DNA of 64,000 nt, taken from contig OZ244197.1 of the NCBI GenBank assembly GCA_965216785.1, positions 1,312,001 through 1,376,000 on the forward strand. The letters are read 5' to 3'. Positions 29,124 through 42,592 of the stretch are shown here, piece by piece (position 1 is the first letter of the stretch; the number at the start of each line of letters is the position of its first letter). The stretch comes from Thermodesulfobacteriota bacterium. GTDB lineage: Bacteria; Desulfobacterota_D; UBA1144; Nemesobacterales; UBA2774. The notes beneath the pieces are model-generated. The model did no database searches and was not told where the DNA came from. It worked only from the letters and a program-made list of their open reading frames with translations. The position numbers were made by a program, and so were the translations under genes.

Positions 29124-30245
29124 TTAATAATCGTGCACATATGTCATTTTAAGATCCCAATTTTGTGAGTCTAATAAATTTAAGCCTTGATGTTCACATC
29201 TATTATTATCTTTGCCTAATGATTTGATCAAGATAGTTTGAGTAAAATCTTTAACGCTTTTTCTCAAGTTGCCCTCTATAAATCCTTGTGAGATCAAATA
29301 ATCGATACAGTCTTGGTCCAGCATTCTTTCCCAAACCGATATTGTTCCAGAATCCATCATCTTTACAAGATGATTCAAGAGTTCTATTTTTATTTGGGAA
29401 TTAGCCGCTTCTAGTTCAAAAATATTGTACGTATCATAATCTCCCATAAGAAGCCCGTTATTTCCTAAAACCAAATAACCCTTTAATCCTTCGTCGTAGA
29501 GGTATAGGAATATATATTTTGACATCGGATTACTGTATCTCCAGCTAAAGTACGTTTCGTCCCTGATCAGAGTAATTTTATTTATCGGTACGAGGTCTTT
29601 TACGAGAATTGCCATTTCTTTAGGCTTTGGTCTATCCTCAACGACTAATCGTGATTGAGGCTCCGTTTTTGATCGTTGATGAATCCTGTTGATCGATTGC
29701 CTCATACCCAGCAAATCTTTAAGCCTCTGAGCAGCTCCCGTCTTCCACAGTATCTGTCTAGCAAATTTAATGGGGCCGGGCTCATTTCTTTGGATTTGTT
29801 TCGTCATCATAATAGAATGAATTTCTCCGATACTTTTCCAGCCCATTGCAAGAGAGTTCAGTAAATTAACAGTGCCTGCGCTGAAGTTAAATACATAACC
29901 GTAACCCCTTTCGTTAAGATCGCGCAAAACGAAGTTCATCAAATTCGTATATATTCCCTTGTTTCGATGGTCTTCATGTATATGTAAGTCCATAGAGGAT
30001 AAGGCTATAAAACGATTCGGAGTTCCCCCTATTTGCCAGTGCATATCGTGCATTCCCCTGAACCCAATAAGCTTGCCTGCGCTAAGAACTAAATAAATTT
30101 TGGGTGATTCGGAAACCGGGTTATCAATGTACTTCCATTTGAAGTAGTTATTGTTTAAGTTTGAATCGGCAGTCCAGAGTGGTTTTTGAAATTCACAAAT
30201 CTCATCATCGTACTTCTCGTCATATTTAATGATTTTGTAATCCAT
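29124..30245 (-). CDS. GNAT-family N-acyltransferase (paralogue 2)
   Basis: KWKYIDNP, DLHIHEDHRNKGIY acyl-CoA motif, SWRYSNP; homologous to 31729-32862. Confidence 0.8.
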   Translation of the reverse strand: MDYKIIKYDEKYDDEICEFQKPLWTADSNLNNNYFKWKYIDNPVSESPKIYLVLSAGKLIGFRGMHDMHWQIGGTPNRFIALSSMDLHIHEDHRNKGIYTNLMNFVLRDLNERGYGYVFNFSAGTVNLLNSLAMGWKSIGEIHSIMMTKQIQRNEPGPIKFARQILWKTGAAQRLKDLLGMRQSINRIHQRSKTEPQSRLVVEDRPKPKEMAILVKDLVPINKITLIRDETYFSWRYSNPMSKYIFLYLYDEGLKGYLVLGNNGLLMGDYDTYNIFELEAANSQIKIELLNHLVKMMDSGTISVWERMLDQDCIDYLISQGFIEGNLRKSVKDFTQTILIKSLGKDNNRCEHQGLNLLDSQNWDLKMTYVHDY

Positions 30246-30311
30246 AATATTCTCTCTTACTTGTGCTTATGTAGTTATTGCTGTTACTTGTCGTGGAATG
30301 TGCGAAATTGA

Positions 30312-30388
30312 CTATACAGTCTAGGGTATCCCACTCTTGGGCAAAATCCACGGTAGTCAGATCAAGCAGTACTCCGATTTCCTCTTCT
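30312..30388 (-). pseudogene. Remnant 3' half of an acyl carrier protein gene
   Basis: 66/77 nt colinear identity to 32916-32992 (EEE.G..LDLTTVDF..EWD); lacks the Ser attachment motif. Confidence 0.8.
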
Positions 30389-30454
30389 GACATAAACGCG
30401 ATCCAGTCACGGATTGTATCGTTTATTGAATTGGGGTGGATTAGAGTTTCCAAG

Positions 30455-31696
30455 TTAATAAATCCTTCTGATTAACGGTAACCTTTTAAATTTATACATA
30501 AATAGATCGATCATATCGTATATAAATGGAACTGGATCACGCAGAGACAGTACTGCAAAACTTTTAACTCCATAAATTGACTTGAGCGATTCTGATAAAG
30601 TTAACCTTCTTTGGAGATAGTTGGCCCAGGATGCGAGAAGGTATGTGCGTATACATATCCATTTAGCACCTCGCTTCTTAATCTTAATGCCGTTTTCTAG
30701 GGGTAAGTTCAAAGCATCGCAATAAAGAGCGTGCAGAATTGGCACCCCTACTGCTTCAACGAGTCCGATGCTGGTGTTAGGTCTCGAAACATCCGGTTCG
30801 ATAATATAATGATTACCATTTTTTTCATCAATCTTTATTTCAAGGGATGTAATACCTATAAAACGTATAGTAGAGTAGAATTTGAGAGCTTCTTTGATGA
30901 GAATTTCATTATGATTATCCTCGACTAAACATGCCTCTCCCATATCAACGGGCCATTGCCTTATCTTACGGGAAGTGTAGCTGAGTAAGGGTTTATGATT
31001 GGTATCGAAGTAGAAATAGCATTGATAAATATTCGATTCTTCACCCTCAATCCACTCCTGCAGGATTGGCTCAACACCGGAGTTTAAGCATAGCCCCAAC
31101 GATTTATATAATTGCTCAGGGTTATCTATCTTAATAGCTTTATGTTCAAAGAGTGACTGCCATTCTATATCGTTCTTTTTAGGTTTTAATATGCAAGGAT
31201 ATTTGATAACACGTTCTATATCATCGAGGTCTGATTCGTTTTTCGGGAAAAATGTTGACGGGATGGAATAATTATTATCAATGCAATATTTATATAGTTT
31301 TTCCTTATCGGTTAATAACTCTAGCGTATCGTGTTCCGGAAGGACGAAATGAAACCATTCCTTCAATTTTTCTCTATGAAGTGATATGACATTTATGCTA
31401 TCATCACTACAAGGAATAAGTACAGACTTTTCACTTAGCGTTTTTCCCAAGCCAATCAGAGTCTGTATCAATTCTTCATTCGATGTTTTTGAGGCAATTA
31501 CTCTCTTACACGAATTAGTCTTGCAGCAATAGTGATTAGGATTGTCTGCAATGCCAATTACCGGTATTCCGTAGCCTGCCAGTATCCTCGAAGTTTGCAG
31601 TCCTGTGGTGTAGTCAAGTTTTATTATTATGGCGTGTGGATATTGCATGTTGTTTGATTTTGCCGAGTTGAATTTATGCTGTTTTACTTTGCTCAA
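30455..31696 (-). CDS. ATP-grasp carboxylate-amine ligase (D-aspartate ligase-like)
   Basis: LIPCSD, DKEKLY, YPCILKP, LQEWIEG, RKIRQWP, EIKID...IEPD.SRP. Confidence 0.82.
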   Translation of the reverse strand: MSKVKQHKFNSAKSNNMQYPHAIIIKLDYTTGLQTSRILAGYGIPVIGIADNPNHYCCKTNSCKRVIASKTSNEELIQTLIGLGKTLSEKSVLIPCSDDSINVISLHREKLKEWFHFVLPEHDTLELLTDKEKLYKYCIDNNYSIPSTFFPKNESDLDDIERVIKYPCILKPKKNDIEWQSLFEHKAIKIDNPEQLYKSLGLCLNSGVEPILQEWIEGEESNIYQCYFYFDTNHKPLLSYTSRKIRQWPVDMGEACLVEDNHNEILIKEALKFYSTIRFIGITSLEIKIDEKNGNHYIIEPDVSRPNTSIGLVEAVGVPILHALYCDALNLPLENGIKIKKRGAKWICIRTYLLASWANYLQRRLTLSESLKSIYGVKSFAVLSLRDPVPFIYDMIDLFMYKFKRLPLIRRIY

Positions 31697-31728
31697 TAAA
31701 CCCTTTATGAGTAATGTCTGTCGGGCAA

Positions 31729-32862
31729 CTAGAAATCATGCATATAAAGCATTTTGAGATCCCAGGATTCAGGGTTGAGTAAATTGATGTCCTCGTACTT
31801 AAAGCTATTGCCACCCAAAGGTTTAACTAATACGGTCTGAAACCCGTCCTTAACACTTTTATTGGATATTTGTTCCGTAAATCCTTTTGCTTTCATGTAC
31901 TCCAAATTGTTTATATCCAGCATGCTTTCCCAGACTGATATTGAGCCGGGATGCATAATCATCATCAGATGGTTCAATAGTTCTATTTGTACAGATGCAT
32001 CAACTGCTTCTAAATCGATTATATTGAAGTTGCCTATAGACGGCTCCTTATGGCTCTGTATTATGAGATACCCTTTTAGTGAGTCATCATAACAGTATAA
32101 GAATAGGTATTTTGAAAGTGGGTTTGAGTATCTCCAGTTAAAGAAAGATTCATTTTTAGGAAGAAAAATTTTATTCTTCGGTTTTAGATCATTAATAAGA
32201 CGTGCCATTTCTTTGGGTTTTGGTTTATCAGTTACGAGAATTCGGGAATGGATTCCGGCTGCTGATCTATCATGCATTATTTTTAACATATCGGAGTTAT
32301 TTTTTAATTTGAATATTTTTAATCCCAATGCTCTGATTGAGTTGTATATACCCGCCTTTCTGAGTATAGATTTGGCATACTTTACCGGAAGGGGGTCTTT
32401 TAAGGGGATTTGTTTGTGAATAGACTTTATTCTGCCGATGCTTTTCCAACCCGTTGATAAGCAGCCTATAAGGTTTGTGGGGGTGGCGTTAAAGTTGAAA
32501 AAATATGGATAGTCCGAGTCTTCAAGATCTTGAGCGGTATAATTGAGCATTTTGCTGTACAGTCCAGTATTTCTGTATTGTTGTTTTATTAAAAAGTCGG
32601 CGGGACTTAGTGAGTGAAAACTTTTTGATGAGTTGCCTAACCGCCACTTGGATTCATAAAATCCCCTCATCGCAATAACTCCTTCTTCTGACCGGGCTAA
32701 ATAGAGTATCGGAGGATTAGAATTTGGGCGGTCAATGTAGTTCCACTTAATATAGGCTCTGAATAAATCTACATCTAGATCCCAATTGGTTGCTTTGAGT
32801 TCGGCGATTTGGTCTATATGATTTTCAAAGTTCTCTGAGTACCTAGTGATGGTATATTGCAT
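31729..32862 (-). CDS. GNAT-family N-acyltransferase (paralogue 1)
   Basis: KWNYIDRP, DFLIKQQYRNTGLY, NWRYSNP. Confidence 0.8.
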   Translation of the reverse strand: MQYTITRYSENFENHIDQIAELKATNWDLDVDLFRAYIKWNYIDRPNSNPPILYLARSEEGVIAMRGFYESKWRLGNSSKSFHSLSPADFLIKQQYRNTGLYSKMLNYTAQDLEDSDYPYFFNFNATPTNLIGCLSTGWKSIGRIKSIHKQIPLKDPLPVKYAKSILRKAGIYNSIRALGLKIFKLKNNSDMLKIMHDRSAAGIHSRILVTDKPKPKEMARLINDLKPKNKIFLPKNESFFNWRYSNPLSKYLFLYCYDDSLKGYLIIQSHKEPSIGNFNIIDLEAVDASVQIELLNHLMMIMHPGSISVWESMLDINNLEYMKAKGFTEQISNKSVKDGFQTVLVKPLGGNSFKYEDINLLNPESWDLKMLYMHDF

Positions 32863-32886
32863 CTATAATGAGGCCATAGATAAAAA

Positions 32887-33147
32887 TTATGGGCTGTAAT
32901 TGTCTAAGAACTTTGCTATAGCGTCTATGGAATCCCACTCTTTGGTGAAATCCACGGTAGTCAGATCAAGCGGTGTTCCGGTTTCCTCTTCTATGAAAAC
33001 GGCTAATTCGAGTAGATACAACGATTCTATAAGACCCGAAGTAATAAGAGGCGTAGTGTTGTCAAAGTTTTCAGGAACGCCCTTACCTGAATCGTTTAAT
33101 TTGCCTGTGATAAATTCTGCGATTTGTGCTTTTAATATCTCGGACAT
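32887..33147 (-). CDS. Acyl/aminoacyl carrier protein
   Basis: 86 aa, acidic, TPLITSGLIESL (Ppant Ser; ESL instead of DSL), FIEEE. Confidence 0.8.
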   Translation of the reverse strand: MSEILKAQIAEFITGKLNDSGKGVPENFDNTTPLITSGLIESLYLLELAVFIEEETGTPLDLTTVDFTKEWDSIDAIAKFLDNYSP

Positions 33148-33163
33148 GGTTTGATTTTGTTAT

Positions 33164-34195
33164 TTAGTTTTGGAGCTCCTTCCAAGCTATAGGATTTGCC
33201 ATTGCGACAACGACTTCTCTGGTTCCTGAAAATGGTCTTCTGCCGTGAGCGACCATCATGTTATCCAGCATTAGAACGTCGCCCTTTTCCCAGGGGAATG
33301 AAAAGGTTTCGTCATCATAAGCTTTTTTTAGCTTTTGAATTGTTTCTTGGTCTATACTTTTCCCGTTTCCATAATACGTGTTGTTGGGTAAGTCTTTTTC
33401 TTTAAAGAATTTGAGCATCATTTGCTGAAGCTTAGGCTCTATGGAAAATACATTGAGAACTGTGGCATGATTGATCCATAAGTTCTCGCCTGTATCCGGA
33501 TGTTTTACAGTAGCGGGTCTTTTCTGCCAGGTCTTTACTTTATCCTCGCCGATCCACTCAAACTCAATATCGGATTCAGTGCAAAACTTCTCCATTTCGG
33601 ATTTGTCTTCGGTTTGATATACTTCCTGCCATTTGAAGCCGAACGGGCCGCCGGTGAAATTTCTGACATATAGAACTCCATTATCCACAAACGGTTTTCT
33701 GATAGAAGGCTCGAGGCGGTTATAAACCTTTCTGACATCGGCGATCGGTGTTTCGCCGCCTTTGTCCGCAGTCTCGATACTATAGAAAAATATTTTCCTT
33801 GGGAACTTCGCGGCGAAAGAACTCTCATTGTGAAGTAGTATTTCCTGGTCCGGCGGATAATCGGTTGCAGTAAACACTTTGCCCTTTACTCGGGATCTTT
33901 GAGTTGCCCTGTCGTTATATTCAAGCGCATTACCGTAGGACTCTTCTATCATGTTTTGAAACTCATCCACTCCATCTAATTTAAATCCCCTGAATAGGAT
34001 GCCCCCATATTTAAGCAGGCTTTTATCGATTGTCTCTTTATGCAAATCGAACAAACCCGATAACGACATATTATCCTTATTCGGGGTAATAACGAGTGGA
34101 AGAACCGATTGGTCGTTTATAAAAGATGCGCTAAAATCTGTGTTCTCATTCAATTCACTAATCATGTTACCGTTTTGAAGAAATAAATCGATCAA
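33164..34195 (-). CDS. TauD/TfdA family Fe(II)/2-oxoglutarate dioxygenase, SyrP-like
   Basis: GGILFRGF, LLHNESSF (HxE), GGETPIAD, DNMMVAHGRRPF; start may be ATG 34165. Confidence 0.88.
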   Translation of the reverse strand: MIDLFLQNGNMISELNENTDFSASFINDQSVLPLVITPNKDNMSLSGLFDLHKETIDKSLLKYGGILFRGFKLDGVDEFQNMIEESYGNALEYNDRATQRSRVKGKVFTATDYPPDQEILLHNESSFAAKFPRKIFFYSIETADKGGETPIADVRKVYNRLEPSIRKPFVDNGVLYVRNFTGGPFGFKWQEVYQTEDKSEMEKFCTESDIEFEWIGEDKVKTWQKRPATVKHPDTGENLWINHATVLNVFSIEPKLQQMMLKFFKEKDLPNNTYYGNGKSIDQETIQKLKKAYDDETFSFPWEKGDVLMLDNMMVAHGRRPFSGTREVVVAMANPIAWKELQN

Positions 34196-34443
34196 CTTTG
34201 CATAACCGCATATTTAACACTATACAGTTGGCACTTCGTTAGTGCAATATGTGCTATTAAATACCACAGCATATGAATTTGGATTAAAGATGGAGAATGC
34301 CTTAACGTTATCGTGCTTCAAATAACGCATTTATCAAAATTCGTCTTTGCTCTGTTCCGAAAAACAGGAGATTATATGCTCTCTGGTTACAGAATGTGAA
34401 AATCGGAGAGCCCGGTATAGGCTCCCCGGTTCATTGGTAAAGT

Positions 34444-35613
34444 TTAGTATCTAGGCATATCGGGATCGAATTTCTCTGCCCACTCGTCTATGCCGCCCGC
34501 GAGGTTCTTAACGTTCTTAAACCCCTGGTCTTTGAGGAAGTTCGTGGCCCTCATGCTGCGACCGCCTGTGTGGCAGTGAACGACGATCTCATCGTCTTCG
34601 TTTAGCTCATCGAGTCTATCCGGAAGCTCGCCGAGCGGGATGAGTACTGAGTCCTCGATGTTAGCGATATCGTACTCATGGTATTCCCTTACGTCGAGCA
34701 GTACCACGTTGTTGCCGTTCTCGCGTTTTTCTTTGAATTGCTCAACAGAGATTTCCAATACATCTTCTGAAATCTCGTTAACGTTTGTGGTTTCTTCCTG
34801 CCCGAGCTCGCCCCTGCCAATACCGCAGAACGCTTCATAGTCGATAAGCTCTTTTATTGTGGCGTTGTGTCCGCATATTGGGCAATCGGGGTCTTTACGG
34901 AGCTTCATCTCGCGGGGCTGCATCTCCAGCACGTCTAGGAACAAGAGCCTTCCTATGAGCGGTGTGCCCTTGCCGATGATGAGCTTTACCGTTTCAGCCG
35001 CCTGTAGTGTGCCTATTACTCCCGGGAGTATTCCAAGCACTCCTCCCTCTGCGCAGCTCGGTACGAGTCCGGGCGGCGGGGGCTCGGGGTAGAGGCAGCG
35101 GTAGCAGGGCCCGTGCTGGGCGTCGAATACGCTTACCTGCCCTTCGAAGCGGAATATGCTTCCGTAAACGTTTGGCTTTCCAAGGAGAACGCAAGAGTCG
35201 TTGACGAGGTAGCGGGTGGCGAAGTTGTCTGTGCCGTCTACCACGATGTCGTAATCCTTTATAATCTCCATCGCGTTCGCCGAAGTAAGCATCTCGTTAT
35301 AAGTAGTAACTTTTATGTCTGAGTTGAGCTTTAGGATCCTGTCCTTGGCAGACTCCACTTTAAGCTCGCCGATGGTGTCTTCGCCGTGGATGATCTGTCT
35401 TTGGAGGTTGCTGAAATCCACAACGTCAAAGTCCAGTATCCCCAGGTGGCCAACGCCCGCGGCGGCCAGATATAATGCCAGGGGAGACCCGAGCCCGCCC
35501 GCGCCTATGCACAGCACGCTTGCGGCGGCCAGCTTTTCCTGCCCCTCTACCCCAACCTCGGGCATTATTAAATGTCTGCTGTAACGTTTAATCTGATCGT
35601 TTGTAAGACCCAT
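34444..35613 (-). CDS. moeB: Molybdopterin-synthase adenylyltransferase with C-terminal rhodanese domain (MoeB/MoeZ)
   Basis: RYSRH, GAGGLG, SNLQRQ, CYRC/CPIC, rhodanese HCHTGGRS. Confidence 0.92.
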   Translation of the reverse strand: MGLTNDQIKRYSRHLIMPEVGVEGQEKLAAASVLCIGAGGLGSPLALYLAAAGVGHLGILDFDVVDFSNLQRQIIHGEDTIGELKVESAKDRILKLNSDIKVTTYNEMLTSANAMEIIKDYDIVVDGTDNFATRYLVNDSCVLLGKPNVYGSIFRFEGQVSVFDAQHGPCYRCLYPEPPPPGLVPSCAEGGVLGILPGVIGTLQAAETVKLIIGKGTPLIGRLLFLDVLEMQPREMKLRKDPDCPICGHNATIKELIDYEAFCGIGRGELGQEETTNVNEISEDVLEISVEQFKEKRENGNNVVLLDVREYHEYDIANIEDSVLIPLGELPDRLDELNEDDEIVVHCHTGGRSMRATNFLKDQGFKNVKNLAGGIDEWAEKFDPDMPRY

Positions 35614-35906
35614 ATCTTTACCTTCCCGTATATTATAAAGTGTAAAAGCCACTATAAATTAATACAAAATGAGATATTTTCAACCTCTGGGGATTATTAG
35701 AGTTTTCGGGCTTTTATTCGATACTGTAAATATAACATAGCCAAACGAAATTTATCAGGTATAGTAATTAAGCGTTGACGATTTATTTGAGTTGTCATCG
35801 CGCGTTTTCAAGGGTTTAGATACACTAATGTTGCCTAAGGATTCGGGGTAGTTTACAGAGCTAGTTTCCTCCCTTTTGCGATTTAAAAAAAGTTTTCAAA
35901 AACACC

Positions 35907-35936
35907 TTGACAAGCATTTTCAATGTTTTATATTAT
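35907..35936 (+). promoter_or_regulatory. rRNA operon promoter
   Basis: A/T-rich UP tract, TTGACA, then TATATT/TATTAT; boxA-like tgatctttgaaaa near 35974. Confidence 0.75.
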
Positions 35937-36039
35937 ATGTCCCTTTCACGGGAGATGTCTTCTACAGATATCCTGATCTTTGAAAATTAAATAGCAGATA
36001 AGCGGGCGAATTAAGAGCTAAGCAATCCTTTATCAAACT

Positions 36040-37603
<1,564 letters not shown>

Positions 37604-37752
37604 TAACGGAGTTAAAGAGCTTAGACTTATGTGCTCGCTTCATCTGCTATTAAATTTTGGTGCTCTTTTTAGATCTGTATCAACGGCCATCTTGGTTTTA
37701 TTGCTAGCCAGGCCCGTGATATGTAGTCGAGTCGCTGATTAAACTTATTATA

Positions 37753-37829
<77 letters not shown>

Positions 37830-37865
37830 CCTTATACTTTTTCAGCGTTAGTTCTGGAATCTTCC

Positions 37866-37938
37866 GGGGGTGTAGCTCAGATGGGAGAGCGCCTGCCTTG
37901 CAAGCAGGAGGTCGGCGGTTCGAATCCGCTCACCTCCA
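37866..37938 (+). tRNA. tRNA-Ala(TGC), CCA not encoded
   Basis: gggggtgtagctcag...cctgcctTGCaagcagg...ttcgaatcc...cacctcca. Confidence 0.97.
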
Positions 37939-38129
37939 TATTGATTGCAAATCAGGTCGATAAAAGAGCATTACGAAAAGTTCATTTTGCAAATACATTT
38001 TGCAACGATCTTTGACAATTTCATATTGTGCTGAGTAAAATCGAAGCGTGTTTTATTATATTTTTTACGGCTTATAAACTGTTTGTTTGCGTAGTTTGTG
38101 AACAGAGTACGGCGATTTTCGTACCTTGC

Positions 38130-41136
<3,007 letters not shown>

Positions 41137-41311
41137 GCGGGGTTTGAAAATTTCCGTGCTAACGTTTACGAACTTAAAACACTAAGTAAGCCAAAGCGCG
41201 CCAAGATTTCTCAGCACAATATGTAATTGTCAAAGGTCATTTTTTCCTTCCGGATTAAATTCCTAAATGCTTGTCTTAACGATCTGCTATATTGCTTAGA
41301 CGGGTTGCGTA

Positions 41312-42088
41312 ATGACTAAGACAGACGATCACACACATAATCAAATCATCATAGATCAATTTTCCAAACAATCTGTACCGTTTGCGAAAATACCGGGGCA
41401 CCTGGATTCAATTGAAACACTTGTTTATATGTCCGGTGCAACAAAGTCCGACAGGGTTTTGGATGTTGCGTGCGGTCCAGGAGTGGTTGCCTGCGAGTTC
41501 GCAAAATCCGCCGGGCACGTTACCGGAATTGATATTACGCCTGAGATGATTGAACAGGCAGAGCTGCATCAAAAGGAAAAGGGAATTGAGAATGTTTCAT
41601 GGCACATTGGCGACGTGCTGCCACTGCCGTATCCTGACGATAGCTTCACTGTAGTTGTGACCAGGTATAGCTTTCACCACTTTCTAAGTCCGAAAGAGGT
41701 GCTAGTGGAAATGCTGAGGGTTTGTAAGCCTGGGGGTAAGGTTGTAGTCGCAGACGTTGCTGTCTCATCGGAAAAGGCTCAAGCATATAACTCTATGGAA
41801 AAGCTTCGTGACCCCTCTCACGTGAGGGCTTTGACTGAATCCGAGCTTGAGGGCTTAATGAGTGAAGCCGGTCTGGTAAATGTTAATAAAAGCACATATG
41901 AAGTTGAAATAGAGCTTGAAACACAGCTACAAGCGTCATTCCCGTTACCGGGAGACGATGATAGAATTCGAGAGCTGTTCCGCCGGGATATAGGTCTTAA
42001 TAACCTCGGTGTAGGCGCGCATATGATTGGTGATGAAATCCATTTCGCCTATCCTATAACCGTACTTGCCGGTGATAAAAGGGTTTGA
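41312..42088 (+). CDS. Class I SAM-dependent methyltransferase
   Basis: VLDVACGPG, GIDIT, LPYPDDSF, RVCKPGG. Confidence 0.9.
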   Translation: MTKTDDHTHNQIIIDQFSKQSVPFAKIPGHLDSIETLVYMSGATKSDRVLDVACGPGVVACEFAKSAGHVTGIDITPEMIEQAELHQKEKGIENVSWHIGDVLPLPYPDDSFTVVVTRYSFHHFLSPKEVLVEMLRVCKPGGKVVVADVAVSSEKAQAYNSMEKLRDPSHVRALTESELEGLMSEAGLVNVNKSTYEVEIELETQLQASFPLPGDDDRIRELFRRDIGLNNLGVGAHMIGDEIHFAYPITVLAGDKRV

Positions 42089-42143
42089 AACCGTAACTTA
42101 GAAACACTAAGATTTCTACATAATATCTAATTCACAAAAGTCA
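42081..42143 (+). repeat. Degenerate, internally deleted copy of the 23S 3' trailer (41140-41239)
   Basis: Colinear blocks GGGTTTGAAA / AACTTA(G)AAACACTAAG / GATTTCT / AATAT(G/C)TAATT / CAAA(G/A)GTCA in both places. Confidence 0.65.
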
Positions 42144-42260
42144 CTTCTCCACGGCTGACTGCTTACTCACTCTGTTTACAATGAACCTCTTTATTTCCAC
42201 ATTTACAGCTTGTAATTAAAGCCCTCGGGATTAATATAATATATACGGGGGTAACACGTC

Positions 42261-42527
42261 ATGAATGTATTTCTTATTACCTATGAGCTTCATTACAATA
42301 AGGATTACCAAAAGATTCAGGACGCGATACAGTCGCTCGGGGGCTGCATACACTGCCTTCGCTCGGTGTGGCTTGTGAATACCTCGTTCTCACTCGCTCA
42401 GGTCCATGAGCTTTTGAAAGATAAAATAGATGATGACGACTCGCTCCTTATCCTTAAACCCTCAAAAGAGTGGGACAGCATGAACCTTCCGCTTAAATGC
42501 AAGACTTGGCTCAAGAACCATCTTTAA
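42261..42527 (+). CDS. Small ferredoxin-fold protein (stand-alone Cas2-like family)
   Basis: FLITYEL...Y..I.DAI.SLG...SVWLV...DDDSLL...WLK; SD ggggg; no cas context. Confidence 0.6.
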   Translation: MNVFLITYELHYNKDYQKIQDAIQSLGGCIHCLRSVWLVNTSFSLAQVHELLKDKIDDDDSLLILKPSKEWDSMNLPLKCKTWLKNHL

Positions 42528-42592
42528 GTTGATAACAGGGGTGTTGTTATGATCTTATGCTCTGTGATGAGGCCTGAAGTATGTTTGAATAC

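Noticed and set aside
30226-30453. 75 aa ORF as a second functional ACP
   Set aside because: Lacks the phosphopantetheine Ser motif; only about 26 codons are homologous
42261-42527. Cas2-like ORF as evidence of a CRISPR-Cas system
   Set aside because: No repeat-spacer array, cas1 or effector genes in the window; stand-alone ferredoxin-fold protein
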